NCBI GenBank assembly: GCA_051313645.2
Contig: JBNRSN020000010.1
Location: forward strand, 94,736,001 to 94,800,000
DNA length: 64,000 bases
Direction: 5' to 3'
Source of the DNA: Centroscyllium fabricii
Lineage: Eukaryota
A model generated the notes under the pieces. The model made no database searches, was not told where the DNA came from, and saw only the letters and a program-made list of their open reading frames with translations. Shown piece by piece: positions 1 through 11,364 of this stretch (within the stretch, counting starts at the first letter, position 1; every line of letters starts with the position of its first letter). Both the position numbers and the translations under genes were made by a program.

Positions 1-991
1 CTGCCAGCGTGCCAAGCTGCACAACCACATCAAGGCACCGCTCGAACCCATCGCCATCCCAGCTAGACGCTTCAGCCACGTTCACGTCGACCTGGTCGGA
101 CCACTACCGCCATCACGTGGACATTCATACATTTTAACCATGGTCGACCGCACCACCCGCTGGCCGGAAGCGGTTCCCCTCACCACTACCACCACCACCG
201 ACCTGGCCAGGGCCTTCATTGCCACCTGGGTCGCCCGTTTTGGCGTCCCCACCGACATCACTTCAGACAGGGGCCCCCAATTCACCTCAACCCTATGGTC
301 AACCATCGCCCACGACCTCGGGGCAACCCTGCACCGAACCACCGCCTACCACCCACAGGCCAATGGCCTCTGCGAACGGTTCCACCGATCTTTCAAGGCT
401 ACCCTGCGGGCCAGCCTCCAAGACACAACCTGGACCGACCGCCTGCCCTGGGTAATGCTCGGCCTCCGCTCAGTGGCCAAGGAGGACCTACACACCTCAG
501 CAGCCGAACTGGTCTATGGCCAACCACTAACTGTACCGGGCGAGTTCGTGGCAGAAACTAACGAACCCTGGTCAGCCGAGCGCTGCATCCGAGACTTTAA
601 TAACCAGGCAGCCGCTTTCAAACCACTTCCGGTGGCCCGGCACGGACAGCCAGCAGCACGTGTTCCAGACGGCATCCAAGATGCCAAGTATGTGTTTGTC
701 CGCCATGACGCACATCGAACACCACTACAACCACCGTACGACGGACCATTCAGAGTGCTTCGGGCGGGACCCAAAACTTTTGACATTAAAATGGCCAACA
801 GAGCCGAGACCGTCTCCATTGACCGTCTCAAACCAGCACACGTAATGGCGGGCGAGACAACAGTCCCCGCACAGCCACCAAAGCGCGGATGCCCTACCGC
901 ACCAAACCCCGCCCACACTCCTACGCAGAACAAGGAGCAGCGCACGACACGTGCTGGCTGCATCATCAGGCCACCTCAGCGCTTTGCCTGA
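1..991 (+). CDS. Gypsy (Ty3) pol 3' part: integrase, 5'-truncated by the window edge
   Basis: ORF 140..991 plus upstream in-frame CQRAK...HVDLVGPLPPS. It has integrase core motifs (VDRTTRWPEA, ITSDRGPQFTS, TTAYHPQANGLCERFHR) and a GPF motif (PPYDGPFRV). Confidence 0.93.
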   Translation, partial: CQRAKLHNHIKAPLEPIAIPARRFSHVHVDLVGPLPPSRGHSYILTMVDRTTRWPEAVPLTTTTTTDLARAFIATWVARFGVPTDITSDRGPQFTSTLWSTIAHDLGATLHRTTAYHPQANGLCERFHRSFKATLRASLQDTTWTDRLPWVMLGLRSVAKEDLHTSAAELVYGQPLTVPGEFVAETNEPWSAERCIRDFNNQAAAFKPLPVARHGQPAARVPDGIQDAKYVFVRHDAHRTPLQPPYDGPFRVLRAGPKTFDIKMANRAETVSIDRLKPAHVMAGETTVPAQPPKRGCPTAPNPAHTPTQNKEQRTTRAGCIIRPPQRFA

Positions 992-1188
992 GACGATACG
1001 TGCGGGCTACATCATCAGGCCGCCACAACACCACTTTTCGAAACATGGAACAGCACACGACGTGCGGGCCACAACATCAGGCCACCTCGGCAAACTGCCG
1101 GACATCCTGTGTGATAATCGAAAATGTGTGTTTGCTCTCCTTTATGTCTCCCTCTCCTCTAGGTCCAGCCCCGCTCTACCTCACGGAT

Positions 1189-1482
1189 TCTGGGGGGGAG
1201 CTGTGTGGTGACACGCCCACCTGCAACATCGAATCCGCCTCGGGAGCGCTGCAAGACGGCCCTGCCCGCCGGGTGGCGTGCTGACGTCGCCGCGATCCCT
1301 GACGTGATGACTTCACCAGGTGGTCAACCGGCAGTGACGTCACCTACCGTGGGACCTTTAAATACCTGGGCTCCAGGTGGCTCACTCTCTTTTCCACCTG
1401 GCCCTAGCTGTAACTACATTAAATGATAACTTTCTGAATCCTCTGTGTCCAGTGTGGTTCTTCGGCCCTGCATGCCTCTACA
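1189..1482 (+). mobile_element. Polypurine tract and 3' LTR of the Gypsy element
   Basis: TCTGGGGGGGAGC (1189-1201) is followed by TG(TG)TGGTG...CTCTACA ending at 1482. Shares GAATCCGCCTCGGGAG and the 3' GTGTGGTTCTT.G..CCTGCA.GC.CTACA with the LTR at 63569-63804. Confidence 0.85.
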
Positions 1483-2025
1483 ACCTGCTCGATTCTATGT
1501 AACTAATTAAATGGTTTATTGCTAGTTATGGACACCCTCAGCCCAAATATAGATGTTAGTATCCGCTTAATTTAATTGGAATTAAACTAAATCACTCAAT
1601 CCCTCTGATGACACCAGTTAACTGGTTTACCAACAGTCACTCTACACAGGAAATGAGTCACCCCTGCTGACTGCTTACAGAACTGGTTTTCACTGCCTGC
1701 TGTGCCAATTTACTCCTATTGCCGTGTTACCTTATTTTACCCTTCTTAAACTAACAGAATCCCAAATATTTAACGTTTCCCCTTTACTTAAACTGCTTAC
1801 TTAAACTGCTTAAGTAACCTTAATCTTAAGAAACCACAAAAACTTACGTTTAAAAGAATTTAGAGAGAAAATACTTACCAGCCAATCACTTACCTGCTTT
1901 CTGGTGACGTCACCCTTTGATTACCCTGCCCACAGCTGAATGAGTCTCAGCCCACCTCGCTGCTCGCTGAGTCGGCTTTTAAGGCCGATCCTGCTCCGCT
2001 GCTCCCGCCTCCGGTCCATCTCCAA
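1483..2025 (-). mobile_element. Probable 5' UTR region of a CR1 LINE adjoining the Gypsy LTR
   Basis: Resembles recalled shark CR1 5' ends (ATACTTACCAGCCAATCACTTACCTG...TGACGTCAC...GC-rich terminus). Pattern recall only. Confidence 0.35.
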
Positions 2026-2032
2026 CTTTTTC

Positions 2033-2132
2033 CAGTACTGAGGAAGGGTCATCGACCTGAAACATTAACTCTGTTTCCCTCTCCACAGATGCTGCCTGAC
2101 CTGCTGAGTATTTCCAGCATTTTCTGTTTTTA
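2033..2132 (+). mobile_element. Penelope-like terminal fragment with degenerate hammerhead motif (family B)
   Basis: CTGAGGA-A-GGGTC-ATC-GACCT-GAAA-CATT-AACT, then TCTCCACAGATGCTGCCTGACCTGCTGAG. Related copies at 4124-4215 (+) and 56490-56625 (-). Confidence 0.6.
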
Positions 2133-2260
2133 TAGAATTTGTAGAACAATTTACAGGTACATTGTCGGTGGTCAAATCAGTGTTTCTTTACTGAGTTTGT
2201 ATTTGGCTCATATGTTTTCCATGAATATAACATGGTGATGTTTGCTTTGTTATATATATT

Positions 2261-3015
2261 AACAAGGCAAGGGAATACACAATGAATGGTAAGACCCTGG
2301 GAAAGACAAAGGATCAGAGGGACCTTGGTGTGCATGTACATAGATCCCTGAAGGCAGCAGGACAGGTAGATAAGGTGGTTAAAAAGGCATATGGGATACT
2401 TGCCTTCATTAGCCGAGGCATAGAATATAAGAGCAGGGAGGTTATGATGGAGCTGTACAAAGCGCTAGTAAGGCCACAGCTGGAGTACTGTGTGCAGTTC
2501 TATTCGCCACACTATAGGAAGGATATGATTGCTTTGGAGGGAGTGCAGAGGAGATTCACCAGGATGTTACCTGGACTGGAGCACTTCAGCTATGAAGAAA
2601 GGCTGGGGTTGTTTTCCTTGGAGCAGAGAAGGCTGAGGGGGGACCTGATTGAGGTGTACAAAATTATGAGGGGCATAGATAGGGTAGATAGAAAGGAACT
2701 GTTTCCCTTGGTAGAGGGGTCAATAACTAGGGGGCATAGTTTCAAGGTAAGGGGCAGGAGGTTTAGAGGGGATTTGAGGAGGAACTTTTTCACCCAGAGG
2801 GTGGTTGGAATCTGGAACTCACTGCCTGAAAGGGTGGTAGAGGCAGGAACCCTCACAACATTCAAGAAGCATTTAGATGAGCAATTGAAATGCCATAACA
2901 TACAAGGCTACGGATCAAGTGCTGGAAAATGGGATTAGGATAGACTGGGCTTGATGGCCGGCATGGGCCGAAGGGCATCTTTCTGTGCTGTATAACTCTT
3001 AAGACTATGATTCTA
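2261..3015 (+). mobile_element. 5'-truncated CR1 LINE (C-terminal RT region and 3' tail)
   Basis: ORF 2282..2938 has RDLGVHV, LVRPQLEYCVQF, RRLRGDLIEVYK and FFTQRVVGIWNSLP; ends in a CTATGATTCTAT tail. Confidence 0.93.
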
Positions 3016-3227
3016 TATGCAGATATTTTTCTGTTGACGGTTTCTGTCTCAATTACACTTGAAGAAAAATTCTGGGAATAAAAAGTTACAAGTATGCGAA
3101 ACATAAAAAATACAGCTCAAGGTGCAGTTTACACTGATTTTGTGCGCTCATTGACCTGAAATGCGATCGGATAACTTTGGGTTATTTATTAATTACTAAT
3201 CTGAAACTTGAACACACTAAAATCAAA

Positions 3228-3382
3228 GCCCAGAAATTTCCTCGGAGTAGCTTTCACTCCACCACTGGAACTTCACTGAAAGCGAAGCGGGATCTCCATT
3301 TAAGATCATAGCCAGGGTTTCCACCACACTCCTGCAAAGTTAGGGCAGTCAAGCAACAGTGGCTTTGAGGAAATTACCGGCC
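3228..3382. mobile_element. Short MITE with PIF/Harbinger-like termini
   Basis: GCCCAGAAATTTCCTC ... GAGGAAATTACCGGCC form imperfect terminal inverted repeats (13/16). Confidence 0.5.
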
Positions 3383-6300
3383 ATGTTGGGGGATAAACCC
3401 CACGAAAATCTAGGTCACCAATCTCAGGCCAAAGCCGAAACTCCCACCAGCTCGAGGGTTTGGCCTATTGCTCAAGGTTTCATCGCATGTCCTCTCGCCT
3501 AGTCAAACGGCCGTTCCTCCTTTCTGCAATCATTTTTATAACTAATAAACCAAAGCGGTCAAACAAAATAGAATTTTAAAAACACACACAATTGTTCTAA
3601 TAACCCTATGAATTTTCTTCAGGATTGCTCGCAGCAGTGTCAGGAAGATTCATCTTGGATTTCTGGAGATTTAAGAACAACCCTGTGTTGGCAAACCTAA
3701 CCTGCTCGCTCCTAACTTTCAAACTGTGAAGCGCTGAGCTCTGCCCCTGTATGAACGCATACATCTGTTCCTGCACACGAGTTACAACGGAAAAGAGGAT
3801 CCAAGGAGATGGTGCGATCATTTATGTTATTCTACAGGGAGGTGGTAGCGAAGATACATGTGATTTTATGCACAAAAAGTACATTTGATACATGTCTTAT
3901 GAGGTGATGTTTGTGACTATGTGTGTGTGCTATGTATGCGCGCACATTTACTTAATTCTATATTTTAATGTGTGTGTGCGCTGAATATTATTGGACCTAT
4001 CAATATTCATCACGAACACACTGCTTTATCCCCCGGGGTTCGGTCCCTTTCGATGGGAGGGACAGGGAAAACAGTCCGGTTCTCTGAACCAAACTAAACC
4101 CCAAAACCTGCATTGAAATTATTCTGACGAAAGGTCTTCGACCTGAATGAACTCTGTTTCTCTCTTCACAGGTGCTGCTTGGCCTGCTGAGTATCTCCAG
4201 CATTTCCTGTTTCTTATATTTGGAATTATTGGAACCGAGTGCAAAGCTACAATGAGAAAACCTCTGCAACTTGCAGATGTCGAAACTATTCTAAAATTGG
4301 CATAATCTATTTTGCATTTCGTTTTATTTCGACAGGACGACACATTCCTTTCGAGCTACTGATATCGCAATCGTGGCGACACCCACTAAACCTCTCCGTC
4401 AAGGTAATCTTGGTGGGTATGTTGGCACTGAATGCAGCAAAATGCAATTGACATTGCTATATGTTCCAGCTCTGTTCTAAGTCTATACTAAAATGTACAA
4501 TGCCTGCATTCAGATCATCCTCTGGTGCTTTCGTTTTGAAGGGTGGAGTGCGGTTGGTGAGTGCAGGGGAATGTTTATGTGTTTGATTGCAAACTGAAAC
4601 CGCATCAAATGCCACAGGACCACAATCGGACAAAGTGACCATAAACCAGCGCACACATTCGGTCAGAGAAACTGCCTGATTCCTCCTTGCTATCGATTCT
4701 TGCATTCAAATGCTGCAGTTTTGCCAGGTAAAACATGTTGTTAACGTGTTGTATAATAAAACTGTTCCACAAAGTGTAATTTTCTGCGCGATCTCTGTAC
4801 ACTGAAATCTGTGCTGCTTCATACAAAAGGCTGAAGAGGGATCCTGTCCCTTTCGACCCTTGGCTGACACATGACCGCTGCTTTGGAAATATTCCTCACA
4901 AGTGGAACCAAGGACATTTCAACAACAGTTGGGCAGAGCTTTTAATATTTATTGGAAACTAATCTGGGACCATTTATCTTGAAACCGCACGCCTTATTTA
5001 AAGAACGTTTCTGTAAGAGACGTATCAGTTATCACTGACGTGTTCATAAACCCATTTGCACATGTAGGTGTGTAAAAAAAAGCTCTATGAATTCTGGGTT
5101 AATCAAACAGGAGAAAATAATATTGCATAATGAATATGCAACGTTTATCTTATTCACCAGGCAGTGAACAGCCCAGTATCTCAGAATAAAAGATTAACAT
5201 CCTAATTCACACCGCCTAATTGGTATGATACCTCACAAAAATCCTAACAAGTGTGAGTAACTGTGGCAACTCGCTGAAGGCCTGGGATGTTTCTGACGAG
5301 AAAAGCGATGAAGAATTCATCACCTTAATAAATGAAGGAGATGTAAGTCACAATTCCGATCGTTTGGATAACATAAACACGCTCAAAGCGTTGCTGTCAC
5401 AATGAAGTCACCTGAAATATATAGAAGGCAATCCGTTCACCTGTAATGAATAAAGGAAAATTACCCTGATTGGGATTCGCTTTCTTCAGACAGAATGTGC
5501 CTGTTATTTTGCTCCTATCACACCAGATGCCCAGGTATATATTTAAGGCGCTCATTCTTCGTGATTAACTGTCAATTTACCCTGATCCAATATCGGATTT
5601 TTTTTCAAAAATGTAAAGTAATACTTCCTGTAGATTCTCCAAAATAGACACAAAGATACATTCTCAAAGTTCGAATTACACACATAGGTTGTCGTTTTGG
5701 TTTGGGATCTGTGCATGTGTTGGTACTGCCTCCAGACCATAATTGGGTATATCAGACAAAAAACATTGTGGGTGCTGGAAATCTGCAATAAATACTAGAA
5801 ATTTAGAACAGGTCACTGAACATCTGGAAGAGAAAGGTAGGTTCACATTTTGGATGGGACACTGCAATTGCGCTGTATACGCTATCCGCCATTTATTCCA
5901 AATCTAACTTAGCTACAAAATATATGTGCAATCTTATTTCTGAGTTACTGTGTATATTTATAAACCGGCATACTCGTGGCATGTAACAAACAAAACCCTT
6001 TCATTATCAAATAATAATGAAACATTTACTTTTGTTTTTTGGACAATATCAAAAATCCAATTAGCAGGAAAGTGCATTGACATCTGCTCTGATGACTTTT
6101 GACCTCGCCGGCATTTTTCATTCTTTTTCCTAACGCTAGTCAGATGTACCAAAAAAGTACTGAAAGGCACATGAAATAGGTTACTTCCATTATACCACTG
6201 AGTATAGTAAATACAAATACAGTGTATAAAAAACCTCAGTGAGGTAAAGTATGTAGAACATATTGCAGAATGGTAAATTACTGTTCACATGTGTGGAATA

Positions 6301-6714
6301 ATTTATGTAATTCATCCCATCTATGATCTTTTTCATTATTATTAATTGAATGTGCATCAACTTCCTCCATTCGAAAATATAATTTGTTCTATGATCTTGT
6401 GGGGGAAAAAGCTTTAATCTTGAAAATAGCAAATTTCAAATGATAACATTTAAGTGTATCATTCTTGGATTGGCAATGGTACCTTCCTAACTGACATACT
6501 AAAAGCTAACATTGGTCTAGGAATAGAAGATCTGATGCTTTCACTTTCTTAGTCGTGTTATTCAGTGTAAAATGTGTTTTCTCATTTTCAGGCAGTAAAT
6601 TAAATACAATACTTTGTCATTTTAAAATATCCCCCAAAAACTGATTTGTTTTGTTTATGAAGTCCTCCTGAAGTAAAATATTCTCATCTTTAGAATTGGA
6701 TTTGATTGGGTGGT

Positions 6715-7440
6715 ACAGTGGATTGGCACACTAACCTTTCTCCTCTGGAATCCATGCTACAATCCAGATCTGGGTGAAAATCTGTTACTTCTAATGTCTG
6801 TAAAGGTCTTGAATAAGTAAAATAGTTATGAACAGTCTCAACTCAATTCCCTGTGGGTAAGGGGCCACATCATAAAACCATCCACAATTTCATTTACAAA
6901 GCGGTTATTTGGGAAATAATAAAATCCACATTGATGCGGCAGAAGATAGTTTACTAAACTGAACAGCGCTTAGAAATTGGCCGTTCACGTGTGAGCTGGC
7001 ATCAAGTCCATCCCAGTCTAAAGAGATGGAAAATCGCTTGTCTGTCAACTGAATGCGTCCTATGTGAAATGAGTCTTCTGGCTGTATGTGTCCAATGTGA
7101 AATGAGTCTTCTGGCTGTATGTGTCCAATGTGAAATGAGTCTTCTGGCTGTATGTGTCCAATGTGAAATGAGTCTTCTGGCTGTATGTGTCCAATGTGAA
7201 ATGAGTCTTCTGGCTGTATGTGTCCAATGTGAAATGAGGCTGTTAGCTGAATATGTCCAGGATGAAATGAGTTTGTGCAGCTGCAATCCAATTCCTAGTA
7301 GGCATGACTCCACAATACAAAACTGCCCCTAATTGACATTAATTGGCAATCTCACTCAGAGAGGCCACAGGATATCTAAATGTTGCATCGGTACAGTAGA
7401 GGTACTCTTCTGAGGTTGGGGTGAGGCATATTATTGGACC
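6715..7440 (+). mobile_element. Two adjacent degenerate LF-SINE-like elements (about 6715-6890 and 6975-7440)
   Basis: Blocks match the recalled LF-SINE consensus in order: CCTATGTGAAATGAGT, CCAATTCCTAGT, CCACA.TACAAAAC, TAATTGGCA...CTCA...AGAGAGGCCA, GG.TGAGGCA.ATT. Confidence 0.6.
7062..7272 (+). repeat. 33-bp minisatellite: 5 perfect copies plus degenerate flanking units
   Basis: Unit ATGTGAAATGAGTCTTCTGGCTGTATGTGTCCA starts at 7062, 7095, 7128, 7161 and 7194; diverged unit from 7227. Confidence 0.97.
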
Positions 7441-8389
7441 ATTAGCAATAATTTTTACTCCACATTTATATTAGACCTGACCTGGGCATGTGTAATGTTG
7501 ACACCAGATGTCCAAAACAGATATGCTCCATTCACCTTGATGAATACAAAATGTCAGAATAAAGTTAAAAATGAAAGGGATGATTTATTGACCCTGTGAT
7601 TAAAGCACACTTGAGACTTACTGGAGCAGAGAAGTGGGTATTTCACTCTGCACCTGACTCATGCTATAGCTGTCATAGCAGACAAATAAAAGAAAAGCTC
7701 CATACCCAAGAACCAATGGCCTCATCATGCTGTCATAAATATTTACATTGTTGAAAATTGAAAGATTAAGTTATCTGAAAGGCATAATTCCCTTGAGGAG
7801 CGATAAACAGTTTTGAAGTGCAAATAAAACTGGTTGCTTTGCTTGGTCATTCCTGTATTTCTTTTTACAAATAATCAATATTTTAATGTAAATTGTCAGT
7901 AGACAGAACTTTGTGTAAATCAAAATATACTGTCTCTGTGCTGCATTAGCAAAAATCATTTCCATTTACTGTCAATAATTTACCTTACAGAACACCCACT
8001 CTCGGTGCATTTTGCATAAATGAATAAACATACTATATATACAGAACTTTATCCACAGAAAACAGTGATGAGATGGTTCTATAATTAATTTGAATAACAA
8101 ACATAGCCCAATAGGTTTTGATGGCTGCCTGTGCCTTTATGCTATCCAGCAAGTGGCCAAAATATATTCTACTGATCAAAGAGTCCAAGGAGAAACCTTG
8201 ACAAACAAAGACATTCCTTATATTTACTTTGAAAACAGTAGAAAGTCTGACATTTGCATAAACTTGTGTGATTGTTTGGGATTTTTTAAATCATAAAATA
8301 CAGGTAATGAGTGATCAAATGAAAATTGTGGACAATCCGATCACCACATATCCCCCATCTCTTTTGGTCAAATGATAAAATAACTGCAC

Positions 8390-8720
8390 CCAGGTTTGTC
8401 AGGTTAGTAGCGACCCCATGCAGAACAGGAAGATCCCAGGTTTGACCACCATTCTGTGTTGAGTTAGCTGATCTCAGCTGGGTCAGATTTAGTACCAATT
8501 TATTAAGAGGGGGCCATGATTCCTGCTCTTGATTTCTATCCAGTGATCCCTGTTGAAAGCCTGTATGTGTGAATGTTACCCCTCCCTAATGGTTGAATGG
8601 CTTGCTAACACTCATTGCCAAGGTTAATGGTCACGCAAGCAAGGTACCAGAAGGCACTCACTGTTTGAGGAACCATGGCCCAGTAAAGAGGTAACACCTT
8701 CAGGAGAAGAGAAAATAGAT
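8390..8720 (+). mobile_element. Old tRNA-derived SINE-like relic
   Basis: B-box-like ATCCCAGGTTTGA followed by CTGTGTTGAGTTAGCTGATCTCAGCTGG, which resembles recalled shark SINE bodies. Confidence 0.35.
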
Positions 8721-10333
8721 GGAAAAATTGACAAGAGAAAAAAATATATTACATCATGCCATAGTTCTGAAGGTCACTATCCCATCTCCCTGGGATTTTC
8801 CAGGCCTATCTATATCTGGTTTGGGTTACAATGACTTAACTGTGAGAAATTTTCAATGATAAACAGTGATTTTTATACATTTACTACAGATGGTCAGACT
8901 ATTCCAGTATTTGTGATCTGAATGAATTGTTAGCAGCTGGCTAGTTTCATGTATTTTTTTCATTAGTCCTATGGATGAATATTGAAGATCCTCCATAAGC
9001 TTTCTTGTTTAAAGGCAGGCAGGTTAGGATTGCCCTGAAGATAACACAAAAGTATGTGGGACAAAAAGGGGCAATTCAATTCATAAAGCTCGTCTCATTT
9101 AATGGACTGGTGTTGCAGGCTTTGCTTTTCCACTATTATTCTCTAAAATCTCCCATAACTGACTCATCTGGCATTATCTTGCAGTGAGTTTAAGATTATT
9201 CCCCATTATACCCCCTGTAACAGAAACACTCTTTTGAACCAATTCAATAATTTGATAAGTGGCACTTCATTCCACAAGCTACAAAAGGTTGTGCAGAGTT
9301 TTAGTTCATGGACTCCTGACTTAAAAGTATGATCTAGGGTCACATTTCTAACTTGGCTTCCTCGTGCTCTACTACTTGTGGTTACCTCAAAATCTTCATC
9401 TTTAAGAAATAGTTTATTTTTTGCTCAGAAGGCGATGGTACTTTTGCTTAAATATTGCGCAGAAGCAGCAGATGTGCAAAGTGGCCAGAATCCAGTATCT
9501 CGTGCTAGTTTCTTTTCTTCTGTTTTTGTTTTCCATTTTCAAAATTAACCTCTTAGATTGTGCTGCATGTTCTGAATTAGATTCCAACTGATTTCAGAGT
9601 TGATCCAGTTCCCAGTGCCCAATATAAACAGTGAGTGTGTTCTGATGCAAATATACGTCTAAGGAGATGACAGTGTTGCTAGTGTGAACCAAATCAGTGC
9701 AAAATAATTTTTTGGAGTTAGTTTTACTTAGACTGGTGCTTTCAAAATTGGACTACTGCTAGCAACATTAAAATGCAATTTTAGTGCGAGCGATGTGAAA
9801 GCCTCAGTTTGGCAACAGCGTCCCCAAAAAATAACATCAGGTCAGCATGTGGCTCCTTTACCTAAAAATTATGTGAGATAAGCAACTGAAGGCCTGTTGC
9901 AGCTCAACAGTAACTTTCTGTTTTATCGTGTGTTAGGTCAATTGGTCAGCGAATAATGCAATGTGGCCTCACACAAATTTACCGAGAAATAATCTGAAAT
10001 TGACTATAGGAAAATTGTAAATCTACGAAAAATAATACAATAACATTAACCAGTGAGAGATTTCAGCTTTTTGTGCGGAAATTAATCGATAAACTATTGC
10101 ATTGCCAAATAAATAACAAACTACTCAGGCTCGAGGGGCCGATTGGCCTACTCCTGCTTCTTATGTTCTTGTGTACTCCGGGTATGATGGGAAATACAGT
10201 TTCGTTCTGGCTTTTTCTTTGGAGGAGTTGAATAAGAAACATTAAATGATTTCTGAACCTAACAGGAAAGACAGTAATAAAGTGTAAGAAGTCACACAAC
10301 ACCAGGTTATAGTCCAACAGTTTTATTTGAAAT

Positions 10334-10369
10334 CACAAGCTTTCGGAGCCGCAGCTCCTTCGTCAGGTG
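10334..10369 (-). ncRNA. Minimal type I hammerhead ribozyme motif
   Basis: Minus strand reads CAC-CUGACGA-A-GGAGC-UGCG-GCUCC-GAAA-GC-UU-GUG: intact core boxes, 5-bp stem II, palindromic stem III and stem I CAC/GUG. Confidence 0.75.
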
Positions 10370-10389
10370 TAAGTTAGAGATTCATTTCT

Positions 10390-11364
10390 AGTATACATCA
10401 ATGACCTGGATATGGGAGTAGGGGGTATGATCAGCAAATTCGCTGATGATACGAAAATCGGAAGGGTGATAAACAACGATGAGGATAGTAAGGGGCTTCA
10501 GGAGGATATAGATCTAATGGTTAATTGGGCAGAAAAATGGCAAATGGAGTTCAACCCAGAGAAATGCGAGGTCATTCAATTCGGTAGACCAAATGGGGTA
10601 AGGGAATATACCATGAACAACAAAACGTTAAATAGGACCGAGGAACAGAGGGACCTAGGGGTACAGGTGCACAGCTCCCTGAAGGTTGCTGGACACGTTA
10701 ACAAGGTGGTTAAGAAGGCATACGGAATTCTGGCCTTTATTAACCAGGGCATAGTATACAAAAGTAGGGAGGTAATGTTAAACTTGTATAATACACTGGT
10801 GAGACCCCAGCTGGAGTACTGTGTGCAGTTCTGGTCACCGCACTTCAGGAAGGACGTGGTTGCCCTGGAAAGGGTGCAGAGAAGGTTTACCAGGATGATA
10901 CCTGGTCTGGGGGACTTATGCTACGAAGAGAGGCTGGACAGGCTGGGGTTATTTGCCCTAGAGAAGAGAAGGTGGAGGGGTGACATGATTGAGGTCTACA
11001 AGATCATGAGAGGACACGATAGGGTAGATAAAGGGGCATTGTTTCCATTGGTGGGAGAGTCAAGTACCAGGGGACATAGATTCAAGATTAGGGGAGGGAG
11101 GTTTAGGGGGGAGGTAAGGAGAAATTTCTTTACCCAGAGGGTGGTGGAAGTCTGGAACTCCCTGCCTGTAAGGGTGGTGGAAACAGAAACCATCGCAACA
11201 TTTAAAAAATATTTGGACCAGCACATGAAGGACCATAACATACAGGGTTATGGGCCAGGTGCGGGCAAATGGGGTTAGTATAGCGAGGAGTTTCCTGGGC
11301 CGGTGCGGACTGGATGGGCCGAATGGCCCTTATCCGCACTGTAAAATTTCTATGATTCTATGAT
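10390..11364 (+). mobile_element. 5'-truncated CR1 LINE with intact C-terminal ORF
   Basis: ORF 10412..11278 has SKFADDTK, WQMEFNPEKC and [15 protein letters not shown]; 3' tail TTCTATGATTCTATGA. Confidence 0.95.

Noticed and set aside
6905-7332. Repetitive ORFs (HIGHIQPEDSF)n and (CEMSLLAVCVQ)n; CRISPR-like appearance
   Set aside because: Translations of a 33-bp head-to-tail minisatellite; no spacers, no cas genes, eukaryotic context.
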